Position numbers and translations under genes: made by a program. The notes beneath the pieces are model-generated. The model made no database searches and was not told the origin of the DNA. It was given only the letters and a program-made list of their open reading frames with translations. Shown here piece after piece: positions 29,783 through 39,241 of a DNA stretch of 64,000 nucleotides (its first letter is position 1; every line of letters begins with the position of its first letter). Origin of the DNA: Solirubrobacteraceae bacterium (lineage in GTDB: Bacteria > Actinomycetota > Thermoleophilia > Solirubrobacterales > Solirubrobacteraceae); NCBI GenBank assembly GCA_035499875.1, contig DATJXX010000004.1, forward strand, positions 4,610 to 68,609, written 5' to 3'.

Positions 29783-31450
29783 ATGGGCGATCGGTTCGTC
29801 GGGTCTGACGCGTCGGGCAACGCGGCGCGCGTGTCGTGGTACGGCAGTAATCCACGCGGCCGGGCCGCGGTGGTGGTGGTGGTGGCCCTGCTGGCCACGG
29901 CCTTGTTCGCGCTGATGCTCCCCGCGCTCGCCCGCGCGGAAAGCGAAGAACCGCCTACGGTGCTCAATCAGGCACCCCAGGCGGTGGGAAGGACGACGGC
30001 GATCCTGCAGGCGCTGGTGGACCCCAACAACGCGGTCATCACCGAATGCGAATTCGAATGGGGCACCTCGCCCAGCAGCCTGACCGAAACGACGCCCTGC
30101 GAAGAACCGCTTCCCGAAGGCGGCGAAAACTTCCAGAAAGTCTACAGCGTCCCGATTGCCGGACTGACTGAAAACACGAAGTACTACTACCGGATCGTCG
30201 CCGTGAGCGAATACGGCGAAGGCGTGGGGACGCCTGTCAAGTCGTTCACGACCCTTCCCACGCGGCCCAGCATCGTCGCCGAAGCCGCGAACGGTATCTC
30301 ACGCACCGCGGCGACCCTTAAGGGCAAGGTCAACCCGAACGACAGCACCGTCACCAAGTGCGAATTCCTCTACAGCACGTCGCAGAACTTCGAAGGCGCC
30401 CCTCACGTCGAATGCGCGAGCTTCCCGGGCGGGGGCGAAAAAGAAGTCAAGGTCAGTGCGCATGTCACAGGCCTGTCGGCGCACACGACCTACTACTACA
30501 GGCTAGTTGCCGGAAATGCCTTTGGGGAAGAACTCGGCTCGGTGACGAAATTCCGCACGCCACCGAGGGAACCGAACGTGGTGACCGAACCGGCGAACCA
30601 CATCGGGCGCCACACCGTCACGCTCAACGGCAGCGTCAATCCGCGTGGGAGCGAAATCGTCACCTGCGAATTCGAATATGGGACGACCGTGCTGTTCGGC
30701 TCGAAAATCCCGTGCTCCCCAACCCCGACCGGCGAAGGGGAAAGCCCCATCTCGGTGTCCGCCGAAGTGACGGGCCTCAACGAAAGCACGACCTATTACT
30801 TCCGCCTCGTGGCAACCAATGCGCTGGGCGCAGCTGTCGGGGCCCATCCGAAATTCACGACGATCCCGACGAAGCCGAAGGTGATCACGCTGGGGGCGTC
30901 GCATGTGACGAACGAAACGGCGCAGCTGAACGCGACCGTTAACCCGAACGCTCTCATGGTGACGCTTTGTGAATTCGAATGGGGCACCTCGACGGCCTAC
31001 GGACACCGCTCACTCTGCTCGGCGTTCCCGGGCGAAGGCGAAGACCCGGTTGCGGTCTCGGCTGTGCTGACTGGCTTGTCGCCGGCGACGACGTATGACT
31101 ACCGGATCGTGGCGGGTAACTCCGCGGGGACGAACTTCGGCCCGAACTTCAAGATCACCACTCCGGCGGAAGGGCCGCCCGTGGTCACGTCGATCGCGAT
31201 GCGGCACGGTTCGACTGCGGGTGGCACCAAAGTCACGATTCACGGCGAAGGCTTCACGCCGGGCGCCACGGTGATGTTCGGCTCCGTGGAAGCCGCGTCG
31301 GTGAAAGTCGAATCGGCCAAGAAGGTCGTGGCGATCACGCCTCCGGAGCCGAAGGGGACGGTCGAAGTGACGGTGACGACGCCGAACGGCACCAGTGCGT
31401 CGACGTCAGCGACGACCTTCGAATACAGAGAACCGAAAATGAAAAAATGA
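29783..31450 (+). CDS. Secreted protein with four FN3-like repeats and a C-terminal IPT/TIG domain
   Basis: GGAGG RBS; signal peptide; 4x L...V(D/N)P....CEF......C...GL...T.Y.(Y/F)R.VA; PVVTSI..HGSTAGGTKVTIHGEGF. Confidence 0.88.
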   Translation: MGDRFVGSDASGNAARVSWYGSNPRGRAAVVVVVALLATALFALMLPALARAESEEPPTVLNQAPQAVGRTTAILQALVDPNNAVITECEFEWGTSPSSLTETTPCEEPLPEGGENFQKVYSVPIAGLTENTKYYYRIVAVSEYGEGVGTPVKSFTTLPTRPSIVAEAANGISRTAATLKGKVNPNDSTVTKCEFLYSTSQNFEGAPHVECASFPGGGEKEVKVSAHVTGLSAHTTYYYRLVAGNAFGEELGSVTKFRTPPREPNVVTEPANHIGRHTVTLNGSVNPRGSEIVTCEFEYGTTVLFGSKIPCSPTPTGEGESPISVSAEVTGLNESTTYYFRLVATNALGAAVGAHPKFTTIPTKPKVITLGASHVTNETAQLNATVNPNALMVTLCEFEWGTSTAYGHRSLCSAFPGEGEDPVAVSAVLTGLSPATTYDYRIVAGNSAGTNFGPNFKITTPAEGPPVVTSIAMRHGSTAGGTKVTIHGEGFTPGATVMFGSVEAASVKVESAKKVVAITPPEPKGTVEVTVTTPNGTSASTSATTFEYREPKMKK

Positions 31451-31508
31451 CATAGGGGCGATTCGGCCGGCCGGCGCCGCGCCGATTGTCACGCCGTCCG
31501 GCAAGCGT

Positions 31509-31540
31509 GAGGCCGGGGCCCCCACGTGGACCCCGGCCTC
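31509..31540. terminator. GC hairpin between convergent genes
   Basis: gaggccgggg-N12-ccccggcctc. Confidence 0.55.
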
Positions 31541-31557
31541 GGGACGGCCCCGGCTCG

Positions 31558-32805
31558 CTAGGCGAACCGGGCGGTTGCGACCGCTGCGGATGCGGACCCG
31601 CTTACCGGCTTGAAGCTCACCTTCAGCCGTACGGTGATGCCTTTGGGGTGACGGCGCCGCTGCGCCACGCCGGCCTTGGTGAGGGTGGTCTTGATCGTCG
31701 CCCGCTCGCTGGCGGCGGTCTGCTCGGTGACGCTCTTCACGCGGCGGCCGCTCAGGCTCAGGCGGCCCGGCCCCGGAACCTGCACGACAACGGTGGCCGT
31801 GCGGCCCTTGACCTTGTGGCTGATCACCTTGAGCTTGCCGGCTGCGGCGGCCCCAGCGGCGGGAGTTGAGCCAGTCGGGCTTGGGACGTTGATCACGATG
31901 GTCGAGGAGGGCGACGTGCCTGTCAGGGTTTCCCCGAGATTGCCGCCCGCGCCGCCCCTTCCACCGACGCCGCCGACGCCACCAAGCCCTCCGGATCCTC
32001 CACCGGCGCCTTCGCCGGCGAGGGTAGCGAGGCTGAGACCTTCCGCGCCTTCGAGCACGCCCAGCGTCTTGCCGTTCGACAGGGGCGCCGTCAGCGCCAT
32101 CGCCGTCGGAGGAAGCTGTTCGGAGCTCGTCCCCATCGCTTCGGTGAATCCGCTCTCGGTCGTGCCGTAGGAGCTTGCGAGTTCGCCCACGCTCGTCTTC
32201 GAGAAGGGTTCGCCGGCGAGGGTGCTCCCGATCGCCGATTCGAGCGTTTCAGGGTTCACTGCATCGAGCGCCTGCGTGATGACTTCTTCCGGGTGACCGG
32301 ACGATGCCACGAGTTCGGAGACGAGCTGTGTCGGATCGAGCGAACCGAGGGCGCCGGTCAGCACTTCGCCGAGGCCTTCGCCTTTGAGCAGGTTCACGAG
32401 TTCGGTGTGTGAAAGGAGTCCTTCGATGGCTTCCTCGACCTTGGGAACCAGTTCCGCGGGTTCACCCAGGTTCCCGATCGCGTCGCCTTCCCCCGCGAGC
32501 ACCTCGAGCACTTCTTCGATGGTGTCCTTCAGGGCCCCTTCGGGAAGGTCTTCCAGTCCGGGTCGCCGCGCCAGCAGTTCGGAGAGTTCGGTTAGGTTGA
32601 GGTCACCGAGCGGAATCTCGTTCAGTACTTCTTCGGCGGACGGGGCTGGGATCGGAACTATTTCGGGCGCCGGCGCTGCAGCGGCAACCGGCGCGGCCGG
32701 GAGCGCTGCCAGAAGCGCTGCGACGAGCACGCCCAGCAACGGCAATGTTGCGTGGGGACGTGCGGAAGCCGTCCTGCGCATGGTGAAAGGGACTGTGTGA
32801 TACAA
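31558..32805 (-). CDS. Hypothetical secreted protein: acidic Glu/Leu-rich body, Gly/Thr/Pro linker, basic C-terminal domain
   Basis: AGGAGG 7 nt before TTG 32805 (alternative ATG 32781); signal peptide. Confidence 0.78.
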   Translation of the reverse strand: MYHTVPFTMRRTASARPHATLPLLGVLVAALLAALPAAPVAAAAPAPEIVPIPAPSAEEVLNEIPLGDLNLTELSELLARRPGLEDLPEGALKDTIEEVLEVLAGEGDAIGNLGEPAELVPKVEEAIEGLLSHTELVNLLKGEGLGEVLTGALGSLDPTQLVSELVASSGHPEEVITQALDAVNPETLESAIGSTLAGEPFSKTSVGELASSYGTTESGFTEAMGTSSEQLPPTAMALTAPLSNGKTLGVLEGAEGLSLATLAGEGAGGGSGGLGGVGGVGGRGGAGGNLGETLTGTSPSSTIVINVPSPTGSTPAAGAAAAGKLKVISHKVKGRTATVVVQVPGPGRLSLSGRRVKSVTEQTAASERATIKTTLTKAGVAQRRRHPKGITVRLKVSFKPVSGSASAAVATARFA

Positions 32806-32977
32806 CACTTCACCTCCTGCGTACGGGGCCGCGGGGGGCGGCCCCGCGTTTTCAGATTCGCGTGCTTCGGTTACCCACGTGTGTGAGGTGACGGGCGTTC
32901 CTTGGACGAACGTCCAATGGGTACACAGGGGGCGCCCGAGGAAACCGCGGCCGCGAGATATTCGAAGGCCGCGGCGG

Positions 32978-34732
32978 CTAGGCGTGCGCCGAGGTGACCG
33001 CAGGGACGGTGGGGGCGGCTCCTTCGCCGGTCCCTCCACGCGCCGGTGAGCCTTCACGCGCCGGTGCCGACACCAGGACGTGCGTCGCCCCGGCGAGGAG
33101 CTCGACGCGCAGCACGGCCGTCCGGTGCGCGGCCAGCACCTCACGTGCGCGGCCGAGGACCCGCGTCGCCTCCGCGCCGGCGACCCCGCAGGCATCCAGG
33201 AAGCGGGACCCCTCGCCGCCGTCGAGGGTGCCACGGTCGAGTTCCAGCTCCTCGACCCGGGCGCCGACGGCGGCGTTTTCCCGCGGCACGAGGATGCAGG
33301 CGGCCATGTCGTCGGGCGTGGCGGCGGCCTCGGCGGTGACCCGTGTGAGCAGATCGCTTGCGTTCGGTGGGGGGTACAGGCCGGCGAGCAGCTCCGTCAA
33401 CCGATCGGCGCCGAGCAGCCCGTCCGCGCAGCGGGCCTCGGTGAGCCCGTCCGTGAAGAAGCACACGGCAGTGGCCCCGGTGAGGGGGAGGCTGCTCTGA
33501 CGCCGCCCTGTGGGCAGTCCGGCGCCCACGGGCGCTGAGCAGCTCACTTCGATCGGGGCGACCGCGCCGTCGCCGAGGATGATCGGGGCGGGGTGTCCCG
33601 CGCACGCATAGGTGAGGCGCCCCTCGCCGGGGTCGTACACGGCTGCCACCACCGTTGCGAACTGCAGCGAGGACGGATCGGCCAGCGCCTCGTTTGCGAG
33701 TGCCAGCGCGGCCCGGGGCTCGAGACCGGCGTGCAGGTAGGCGCGGATCGTGTAGCGGGCAAGGGCGGCCCGCTCGAGGGCGTCGCGTCCGTGCCCGCAG
33801 ACGTCGCCCAGCACCAGCCCCACCCGCCCCGGCTGCGGCTGGAACACGTCGTAGAAGTCACCACCCGCGGCCACCCCCTCCGCGGGGTGGTATGCGACCG
33901 ACACTCCCTCTGCCGCGAGCCCCGCCGGTACCGCCGGCACGAGCGCGGCCTGCAGGGCCTCGAGGTCGCTCAGCAGCGTTGCCTGTTGCGCTTCCAGGCG
34001 CTTCGCGCGACGGGCGGACAGCAGCGCTCGCACGCCGAGGAAGATGGCGAGCAGGAGCAGCAGCAGGATGATGGGCTTGCTCCAGTCGGGGACGGGCAGG
34101 GGCAGCGGTAGGCCGCCGGCGATCGAGTCGAGTGGATTGGCCGTCGAGTGCCGCCCCGGCGCTCGCGGGCTCCCCGGGGGGTCGGCGGGTACGACCGCGC
34201 TCGATGCCGTGGACGGCGTCGAGGTGCCCGGCGACGTCCCGGCCACGGCGCCGGCGCGCGAGGGGTCCCGTTGACGCCTGGCGCCCGTGCGGCGTGCGGT
34301 CGTCCGACGGGCGGGGGAGGCCCCTGCGTGGGCGGTGCGTCCCGTCGAGGCGGCGGTCGGCTGCGAGGCGTGCGACGCTCCGCTCGAAGGTGTCTGGTGT
34401 CCGCCTTCGCCCGGGTTCGAAGCGGCTTGCGAGCGGCCCGCGCCCCCGCCCTGTTCGCCGAGCGGCGGCGTGGACACCGTGCCCGGGGCTTCCGGGAGGC
34501 TCGCCGGAGGAGCGGGCGTGGTGATCCCGACACTCGGCACGGTCACGGTGGTCCCCGGCGTGCTCGCGTGGACGCCGCCGAGGGAGACTTCCGTGGTCGG
34601 AACCGTCACTTCGACCGCCGGCAGTCCGATCGTGAGCGCCGAGGCGGCGATCGCCGTCGCGGCTCCCGCCACGCACGCGACGAACATCGCAGCGAGCGCC
34701 CACAGCGTCGCCCGCCGGCTGATGCTCCTCAT
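32978..34732 (-). CDS. Membrane-anchored PP2C/SpoIIE-family phosphatase with low-complexity extracellular region
   Basis: Signal peptide, Pro/Thr/Ala-rich tract, one TM, GGDFYD, GDVCGHG, AGHP, FTDGLTE, DDMA. Confidence 0.88.
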   Translation of the reverse strand: MRSISRRATLWALAAMFVACVAGAATAIAASALTIGLPAVEVTVPTTEVSLGGVHASTPGTTVTVPSVGITTPAPPASLPEAPGTVSTPPLGEQGGGAGRSQAASNPGEGGHQTPSSGASHASQPTAASTGRTAHAGASPARRTTARRTGARRQRDPSRAGAVAGTSPGTSTPSTASSAVVPADPPGSPRAPGRHSTANPLDSIAGGLPLPLPVPDWSKPIILLLLLLAIFLGVRALLSARRAKRLEAQQATLLSDLEALQAALVPAVPAGLAAEGVSVAYHPAEGVAAGGDFYDVFQPQPGRVGLVLGDVCGHGRDALERAALARYTIRAYLHAGLEPRAALALANEALADPSSLQFATVVAAVYDPGEGRLTYACAGHPAPIILGDGAVAPIEVSCSAPVGAGLPTGRRQSSLPLTGATAVCFFTDGLTEARCADGLLGADRLTELLAGLYPPPNASDLLTRVTAEAAATPDDMAACILVPRENAAVGARVEELELDRGTLDGGEGSRFLDACGVAGAEATRVLGRAREVLAAHRTAVLRVELLAGATHVLVSAPAREGSPARGGTGEGAAPTVPAVTSAHA

Positions 34733-34807
34733 CGGTGCCCCCCGCTCGACCGCGCGCTCATCACGTCAACCTCGACAATCGCAACTCGGAACGGGTATCT
34801 CCGATTC

Positions 34808-34836
34808 TCTTCGGCAGCGTAGGGCAACTGCTGTAG
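34808..34836 (-). promoter_or_regulatory. Putative sigma-28/WhiG-type promoter
   Basis: CTACA-N16-GCCGAAGA. Confidence 0.5.
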
Positions 34837-34932
34837 CGGCCGCCGCGCGGGCCCTGGCTTGGTTCCCTGGGGCGAACCGCTTTCGCTGCCTGAGGTGCCT
34901 CCGCGCGGGTGCTCGCACGGAGCATCGATCTA

Positions 34933-35005
34933 TGGGCCGTGCAGGAATCGAACCTGCAACCTTGGGCTTAAGAGGCCCCTGCTCTGCCGGTTGAGCTAAC
35001 GGCCC
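34933..35005 (-). tRNA. tRNA-Lys(CTT), CCA not encoded
   Basis: Reverse complement gggccgttagctcaaccggcagagcaggggc-ctCTTaa-gcccaaggttgcaggttcgattcctgcacggccca. Confidence 0.95.
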
Positions 35006-35075
35006 GGGAGGCCGCGCGGACGACGCCGCGGCGGACCGTCAGTTTACCGCCTGGACCTCGCCGGGAGGCCCGGGC

Positions 35076-35795
35076 CTAGGGCGCCACGAGCGACGTGGTG
35101 CCCCCGGCGCCGGCGGTCGTGCCGGTGGCCCCGGTGGCGCCCTTCTTGGCGTTGGCCTGCTTCTTCACTTCGGCGAGCTGGACTTTCAGGTGGGTGCGCT
35201 GCCCCACGGGGGCGAGCGCCACGGCCTTGTGGGCGGCGAGGTCGCCGAGGGCGTTCTTGTGGGCCAGGTAGGCATAGGCGGCCAGGAAGCCGTAGTAGGA
35301 GGCGTTGTTGGGTTCGGCCGCCACGATCGTCTGCAACACGTCCACGGTCGAAGCCGGTTCGTTGAGGCCTTCTTCGTCGAAGATCCTGACCATGATCTTG
35401 GCGAGCCCGAGATTCGGGTTCTTCGTCAGCGCGCTGTAGTGGTTCCAGGCGTAGGCGACTTCCGCGTAGACCTTCTTGCCTGCCGGTGTGAGCGCGCCCG
35501 AAGGGGTTTTGTAGGCTTCCCCGCCCGCCTGCAGGGACAGCGTTTTTGTGAGCTGTTCCCACGTCTTGACGTCGTTGGGGTTGCGGCTCAGCTGCTTGCG
35601 GTAGTTGGCGATCTGCTTGGAGTAATTGGGCCCGCCGCTGCCTTCGCGGTTGTTGAGGTTGCTGACGATCCCGCCTCCGCCGAAGCCGCCGCCCACGCCG
35701 AAGCCGACCAGGCCGATCCCGATCAGTAGGGCCAGGCCGATGTAGATGATGCGGACCGTCGTGCGGCGCCCGCGACCTCTCAGGTCGAAGAGCAT
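35076..35795 (-). CDS. Membrane-anchored TPR-like helical protein
   Basis: MLFDLRGRGRR, then a TM helix, then NPND..W..L and EPNNASYYGFLA TPR-like turns; TGATG overlap with tatC. Confidence 0.75.
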   Translation of the reverse strand: MLFDLRGRGRRTTVRIIYIGLALLIGIGLVGFGVGGGFGGGGIVSNLNNREGSGGPNYSKQIANYRKQLSRNPNDVKTWEQLTKTLSLQAGGEAYKTPSGALTPAGKKVYAEVAYAWNHYSALTKNPNLGLAKIMVRIFDEEGLNEPASTVDVLQTIVAAEPNNASYYGFLAAYAYLAHKNALGDLAAHKAVALAPVGQRTHLKVQLAEVKKQANAKKGATGATGTTAGAGGTTSLVAP

Positions 35796-36877
35796 CAGCC
35801 GGACAGGTTCCTGTCCACGTGGTCGATTATCTGCTGCACGGTCTCTGGTGCCGGGGGGTCCGCCGGCGGCGGCTGCGGATCGTTGACTCCAGCGCCGGCA
35901 TCCCCGGCCGCGAAGGGCTTCGCCTGACCCGCACCGCGGCTCGAGCGCCCAACGATCGCGGCTACAAGGATACTCGCCTCGAACAGCAGATACAGCGGAA
36001 CCGTCTCGAGCAGGAGGGTGATGAAGTCGCCTGGCAGGAAGGCCGCGATGACCGCGCACGTGAGGATCGCGTAGCGGCGGTTTTTCCGCAGCTGGGCGGG
36101 CGTCACCAGTCCCGCGCGGGTGGCGCCCACGATCGCGACGGGGACCTGGAAGACGAGCCCCATCGCCAGCAGGATGGTCGCCGCGAAGCGGTAGTAGGGG
36201 GAGGCCTGGACGATGATGTTGAACTGGCTCGAGTTGAAGTTCACGAAGAACCGCGTCGCCGCCGGGAGCACAACGAAGTAGCCGAACAGGACCCCCGCGA
36301 TGAAGAGGATCGGCACAGCCATCAACGGGGGTCTCACGGCTCGTCGCTCCTCGGGGCGCAGCGCGGGGACGATGAAGCCGTAGAGCTGGTAGAGGATCAC
36401 GGGCAGAGCGGCCACCAGCGCGAACACGAGCGACACCCCGAGGGTGGTCGTGAACGGCTCGCCCACACCCAGCGTCGCGGGGTTGTCACCCTGGGGATGT
36501 CGCGGGATCCTGGCGACGTCGAGCTTCAGCGCTCCCGCGAGCGCCAGCAGCTGGGCCCTCGTGGCGCTTGTCACGCCACTCCCGGGCCTGCTCAGCGCGC
36601 GCAGCGCCCGCTGCGTGTCCTCGCTGACTTTCAGCACGCCCTGCTGAGCCAGCACGGCCTGCCCGACGGTGCCTTCGCCTTTGGCCACCTGCTTGCGGGT
36701 CTGGGCCTTCAGGGGGGCGTTGATGATGTGCAGCAGGGTGTGGTTCTGCCACAGGCACACGGCGAAGGCGATCGCCAGCGCGATCCCCCCGATGATCAGG
36801 CGCGAGCGTAGCTCCTCCAGGTGGTCGACGAGGCTGAGGCGCTCCTCGTGGCCGATCGTTCGTAATGGGCCGACCAT
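35795..36877 (-). CDS. tatC: Twin-arginine translocase subunit TatC
   Basis: LVDHLEELRSRL, YQLYGFIVPALRPEE, GLVFQVP, PLYLLFE. Confidence 0.95.
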   Translation of the reverse strand: MVGPLRTIGHEERLSLVDHLEELRSRLIIGGIALAIAFAVCLWQNHTLLHIINAPLKAQTRKQVAKGEGTVGQAVLAQQGVLKVSEDTQRALRALSRPGSGVTSATRAQLLALAGALKLDVARIPRHPQGDNPATLGVGEPFTTTLGVSLVFALVAALPVILYQLYGFIVPALRPEERRAVRPPLMAVPILFIAGVLFGYFVVLPAATRFFVNFNSSQFNIIVQASPYYRFAATILLAMGLVFQVPVAIVGATRAGLVTPAQLRKNRRYAILTCAVIAAFLPGDFITLLLETVPLYLLFEASILVAAIVGRSSRGAGQAKPFAAGDAGAGVNDPQPPPADPPAPETVQQIIDHVDRNLSG

Positions 36878-36949
36878 TCTCTGTCGCGCTTGAACCTACC
36901 ATCGCCGCCCCGGGCCCCACGCAACTGGTGCGCCGGGATTTCTGCCGGG

Positions 36950-36978
36950 CTAAAGCGACATAAACGGGTAGTCGATGA
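36950..36978 (+). promoter_or_regulatory. Putative sigma-28/WhiG-type promoter
   Basis: CTAAA-N16-GTCGATGA. Confidence 0.65.
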
Positions 36979-36992
36979 CGTCTCAACAGACA

Positions 36993-37394
36993 ATGAGCAA
37001 TGTCCAGGAACCCAATCCCCACGAGGACGGCCAGGTCCCCGGCCCCGAACAGCTCGATCTGGTGGTCGGTTCGACCGGCGCCCCCGCCGTCGGCGGCGAG
37101 TCCGAGCAGCTACACATCTGCTTCCACTGCTCGGGAGAGCTCGTCTACCCGCTGGACTGGGCCGAAGAGGGGGCCCGTCACTGGCGCGTGGTGCTGCGCT
37201 GCCCCGAATGCGAGGCGCGCCGTGAAGGCGTGTTCGAGCAGACCGTCGTGGAACGGCTCGACGACGAGCTCGACCGCGGCTCCAGCGCGCTGCTGAGCGA
37301 CCTGCGGCGTATGACGCACGCCAACATGTCCGAGGAAATCGACTTCTTCGTGCGTGCGCTCGAGGCGGACCTGATCACGCCGAGCGACTTCTAG
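36993..37394 (+). CDS. Hypothetical zinc-ribbon protein
   Basis: CFHC...CPEC followed by an acidic helical C-terminus ending ITPSDF. Confidence 0.75.
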   Translation: MSNVQEPNPHEDGQVPGPEQLDLVVGSTGAPAVGGESEQLHICFHCSGELVYPLDWAEEGARHWRVVLRCPECEARREGVFEQTVVERLDDELDRGSSALLSDLRRMTHANMSEEIDFFVRALEADLITPSDF

Positions 37395-38428
37395 TTGTAG
37401 CGCTCGACCACCGCGTCGGCGACCAGGTCGAGCAGCGCCGCCCGCGGTCCCGCCAGCGTCCTTGCTAGCACCGTCTTGGCGTCGGCGACCACCGCAAGCG
37501 CCCGCTCCCGCGCCTGCTCCAGCGCCCCGGAGGCGGCGATCCGCTCGCACAGCTCCTCCGCCTGCTCGGCTCCGGTGAGGGCGTGCAGGTCGATGCTCGC
37601 GAGCTCCTTCACGCGTTCGCGCGCGAGGATGAAGGGCAGCGTCACCGTCCCCTCGAGCAGGTCGTTGCCGCGAGGCTTGCCCGTCCGCTCCACCGGCCCG
37701 GAGACGTCGAGCACGTCGTCGAGCACCTGGAAGGCCAGGCCGATGCGCCGCGCGAACGCCCCCAGCGCGTCAGCCAGCCCGCGGGAGCGCTCGGCGGCCG
37801 ACAGCGCCCCCAGCCGGCATGCCGCCTCGAACAGCGCAGCTGTCTTCAGCGCGCAGCGCTCGAGATAGCGCTCGACCGACACGCGCGGGTAGTAGGCGTC
37901 TTCGCGTTGCAGCAGCTCACCCTGGGCCAGCGCCGAGCTCGCGTTCGAGAGCGCCTGCAGCTGGGCCGCGTCCTCGTTGCGCGCGAGCTCCGAGAAGGCC
38001 CTCGAGAAAAGCAGATCGCCGGTCGCCACAGCCGCCCGCCTGCCGGCCTGGGCAGCCACCGTGGGGTGCCCCCGCCGCAGCGCCGCGCCGTCGATCAGGT
38101 CGTCGTGGACGAGCGTGGCCGAGTGCACGAGCTCAACCGCCACCGCGGCCCGCACGAGGCGCTCCTCGCCCTCGGGGGTGTCGCGCGCCCCGCCGGCCGC
38201 CTCCGCCGCGAGCATCACCAGCAGCGGGCGCAGGCGCTTGCCCCCCGAGGTCACGGTCGCGTGTGCCAGCCCCGCCAGCGGCTCCCCGGCCTCGGCGGTG
38301 ACGAGCTCGAGGTGCTGCTCCACGCGTGCCATCCGCTCCCGCAGGCCCGGGCCCCCGCGCCGGAAGATCCGTTCCAGGCCGTCGACCGCGTGCGGCTCCT
38401 GGCGGGTGCGGTGCTCGGCGACGCTCAC
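37391..38428 (-). CDS. Polyprenyl diphosphate synthase, catalytic subunit
   Basis: GGKRLRP, LVHDDLID..RRG, KTA, FQVLDDVLD. Confidence 0.93.
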   Translation of the reverse strand: MSVAEHRTRQEPHAVDGLERIFRRGGPGLRERMARVEQHLELVTAEAGEPLAGLAHATVTSGGKRLRPLLVMLAAEAAGGARDTPEGEERLVRAAVAVELVHSATLVHDDLIDGAALRRGHPTVAAQAGRRAAVATGDLLFSRAFSELARNEDAAQLQALSNASSALAQGELLQREDAYYPRVSVERYLERCALKTAALFEAACRLGALSAAERSRGLADALGAFARRIGLAFQVLDDVLDVSGPVERTGKPRGNDLLEGTVTLPFILARERVKELASIDLHALTGAEQAEELCERIAASGALEQARERALAVVADAKTVLARTLAGPRAALLDLVADAVVERYN

Positions 38429-39186
38429 CGGCGGCCCTCCTGGGTGACGGTGCCGGCGTGGATCGCCACGATCCCTCCCGCGAGCAGCACACCGGCGACG
38501 CCCGTGATCCCCGCGCGCCCCATCTCGCCCGCCAGCTCCGCCGGTCCCGGAAAGCGCCTCACCGAGCTTGGAAGGTAGCTGTACGCCTCGCCCATCGCCT
38601 CCCCGGCGCCCTTCCCGCCTCGCGAGAAGGCCCGTGCGAGCGCGCCCGCGAGGCGCCCGAGCGCCGGCACGACCCGGTCGAACCACACCCGATAGAACAG
38701 CGACAACGGCGGCCTCGTGGGGGTCGTCATCTCGAGCACCACCACGCGGCCGCCCGGGCGCACCACCCTTGCCATCTCCGCCAAGCCGCGGGGGAGGTCC
38801 TCGAAGTTGCGCACCCCGAAGGCGATCGTGGCGGCGTCGAAGCGGTCGTCCGGGTAGGGCAGCGCCAGCGCGTCGGCCCATTCGAAGCGGGGCTCAACGC
38901 GCGGGCGCGCGGCACCGTCGGCCGGCGGACGGGCACCCTTGGCGCGGGCGCGGTCGAGCATCGCCTCGGAGAAGTCTGCTCCCACCACCTCCCCGCCCGG
39001 CCACACGCGCGCCGCCAGCTCGAGCGCCATGTCGCCGGTGCCGGTGGCGAGATCCAGGACGCGCCCGCCCGGCCCCACGTCCGCGAGGTCGGCCGCCCGT
39101 GCGCGCCAGCGGTGGTGCAGGCCCGCGCTCATGGCGGTGTTCATCGGGTCGTATACGCGCGCGATGCGGTCGAACATCGCCCGCAC
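38425..39186 (-). CDS. menG: Demethylmenaquinone methyltransferase (MenG/UbiE)
   Basis: MFDRIA.VYD.MN, LDLATGTGD, FGVRN, AYSYLPSS. Confidence 0.9.
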   Translation of the reverse strand: MRAMFDRIARVYDPMNTAMSAGLHHRWRARAADLADVGPGGRVLDLATGTGDMALELAARVWPGGEVVGADFSEAMLDRARAKGARPPADGAARPRVEPRFEWADALALPYPDDRFDAATIAFGVRNFEDLPRGLAEMARVVRPGGRVVVLEMTTPTRPPLSLFYRVWFDRVVPALGRLAGALARAFSRGGKGAGEAMGEAYSYLPSSVRRFPGPAELAGEMGRAGITGVAGVLLAGGIVAIHAGTVTQEGRR

Positions 39187-39241
39187 CTGGTCCGCCGGAA
39201 GCCTGCCCGGGGCTGCTCCCGGACCGGCCCCAGCCGGGGAG

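Noticed and set aside
34800-34900. c-di-AMP or c-di-GMP riboswitch
   Set aside because: Short look-alike words (gtagggcaac, ggggcgaa) occur in the wrong order and strand for the consensus
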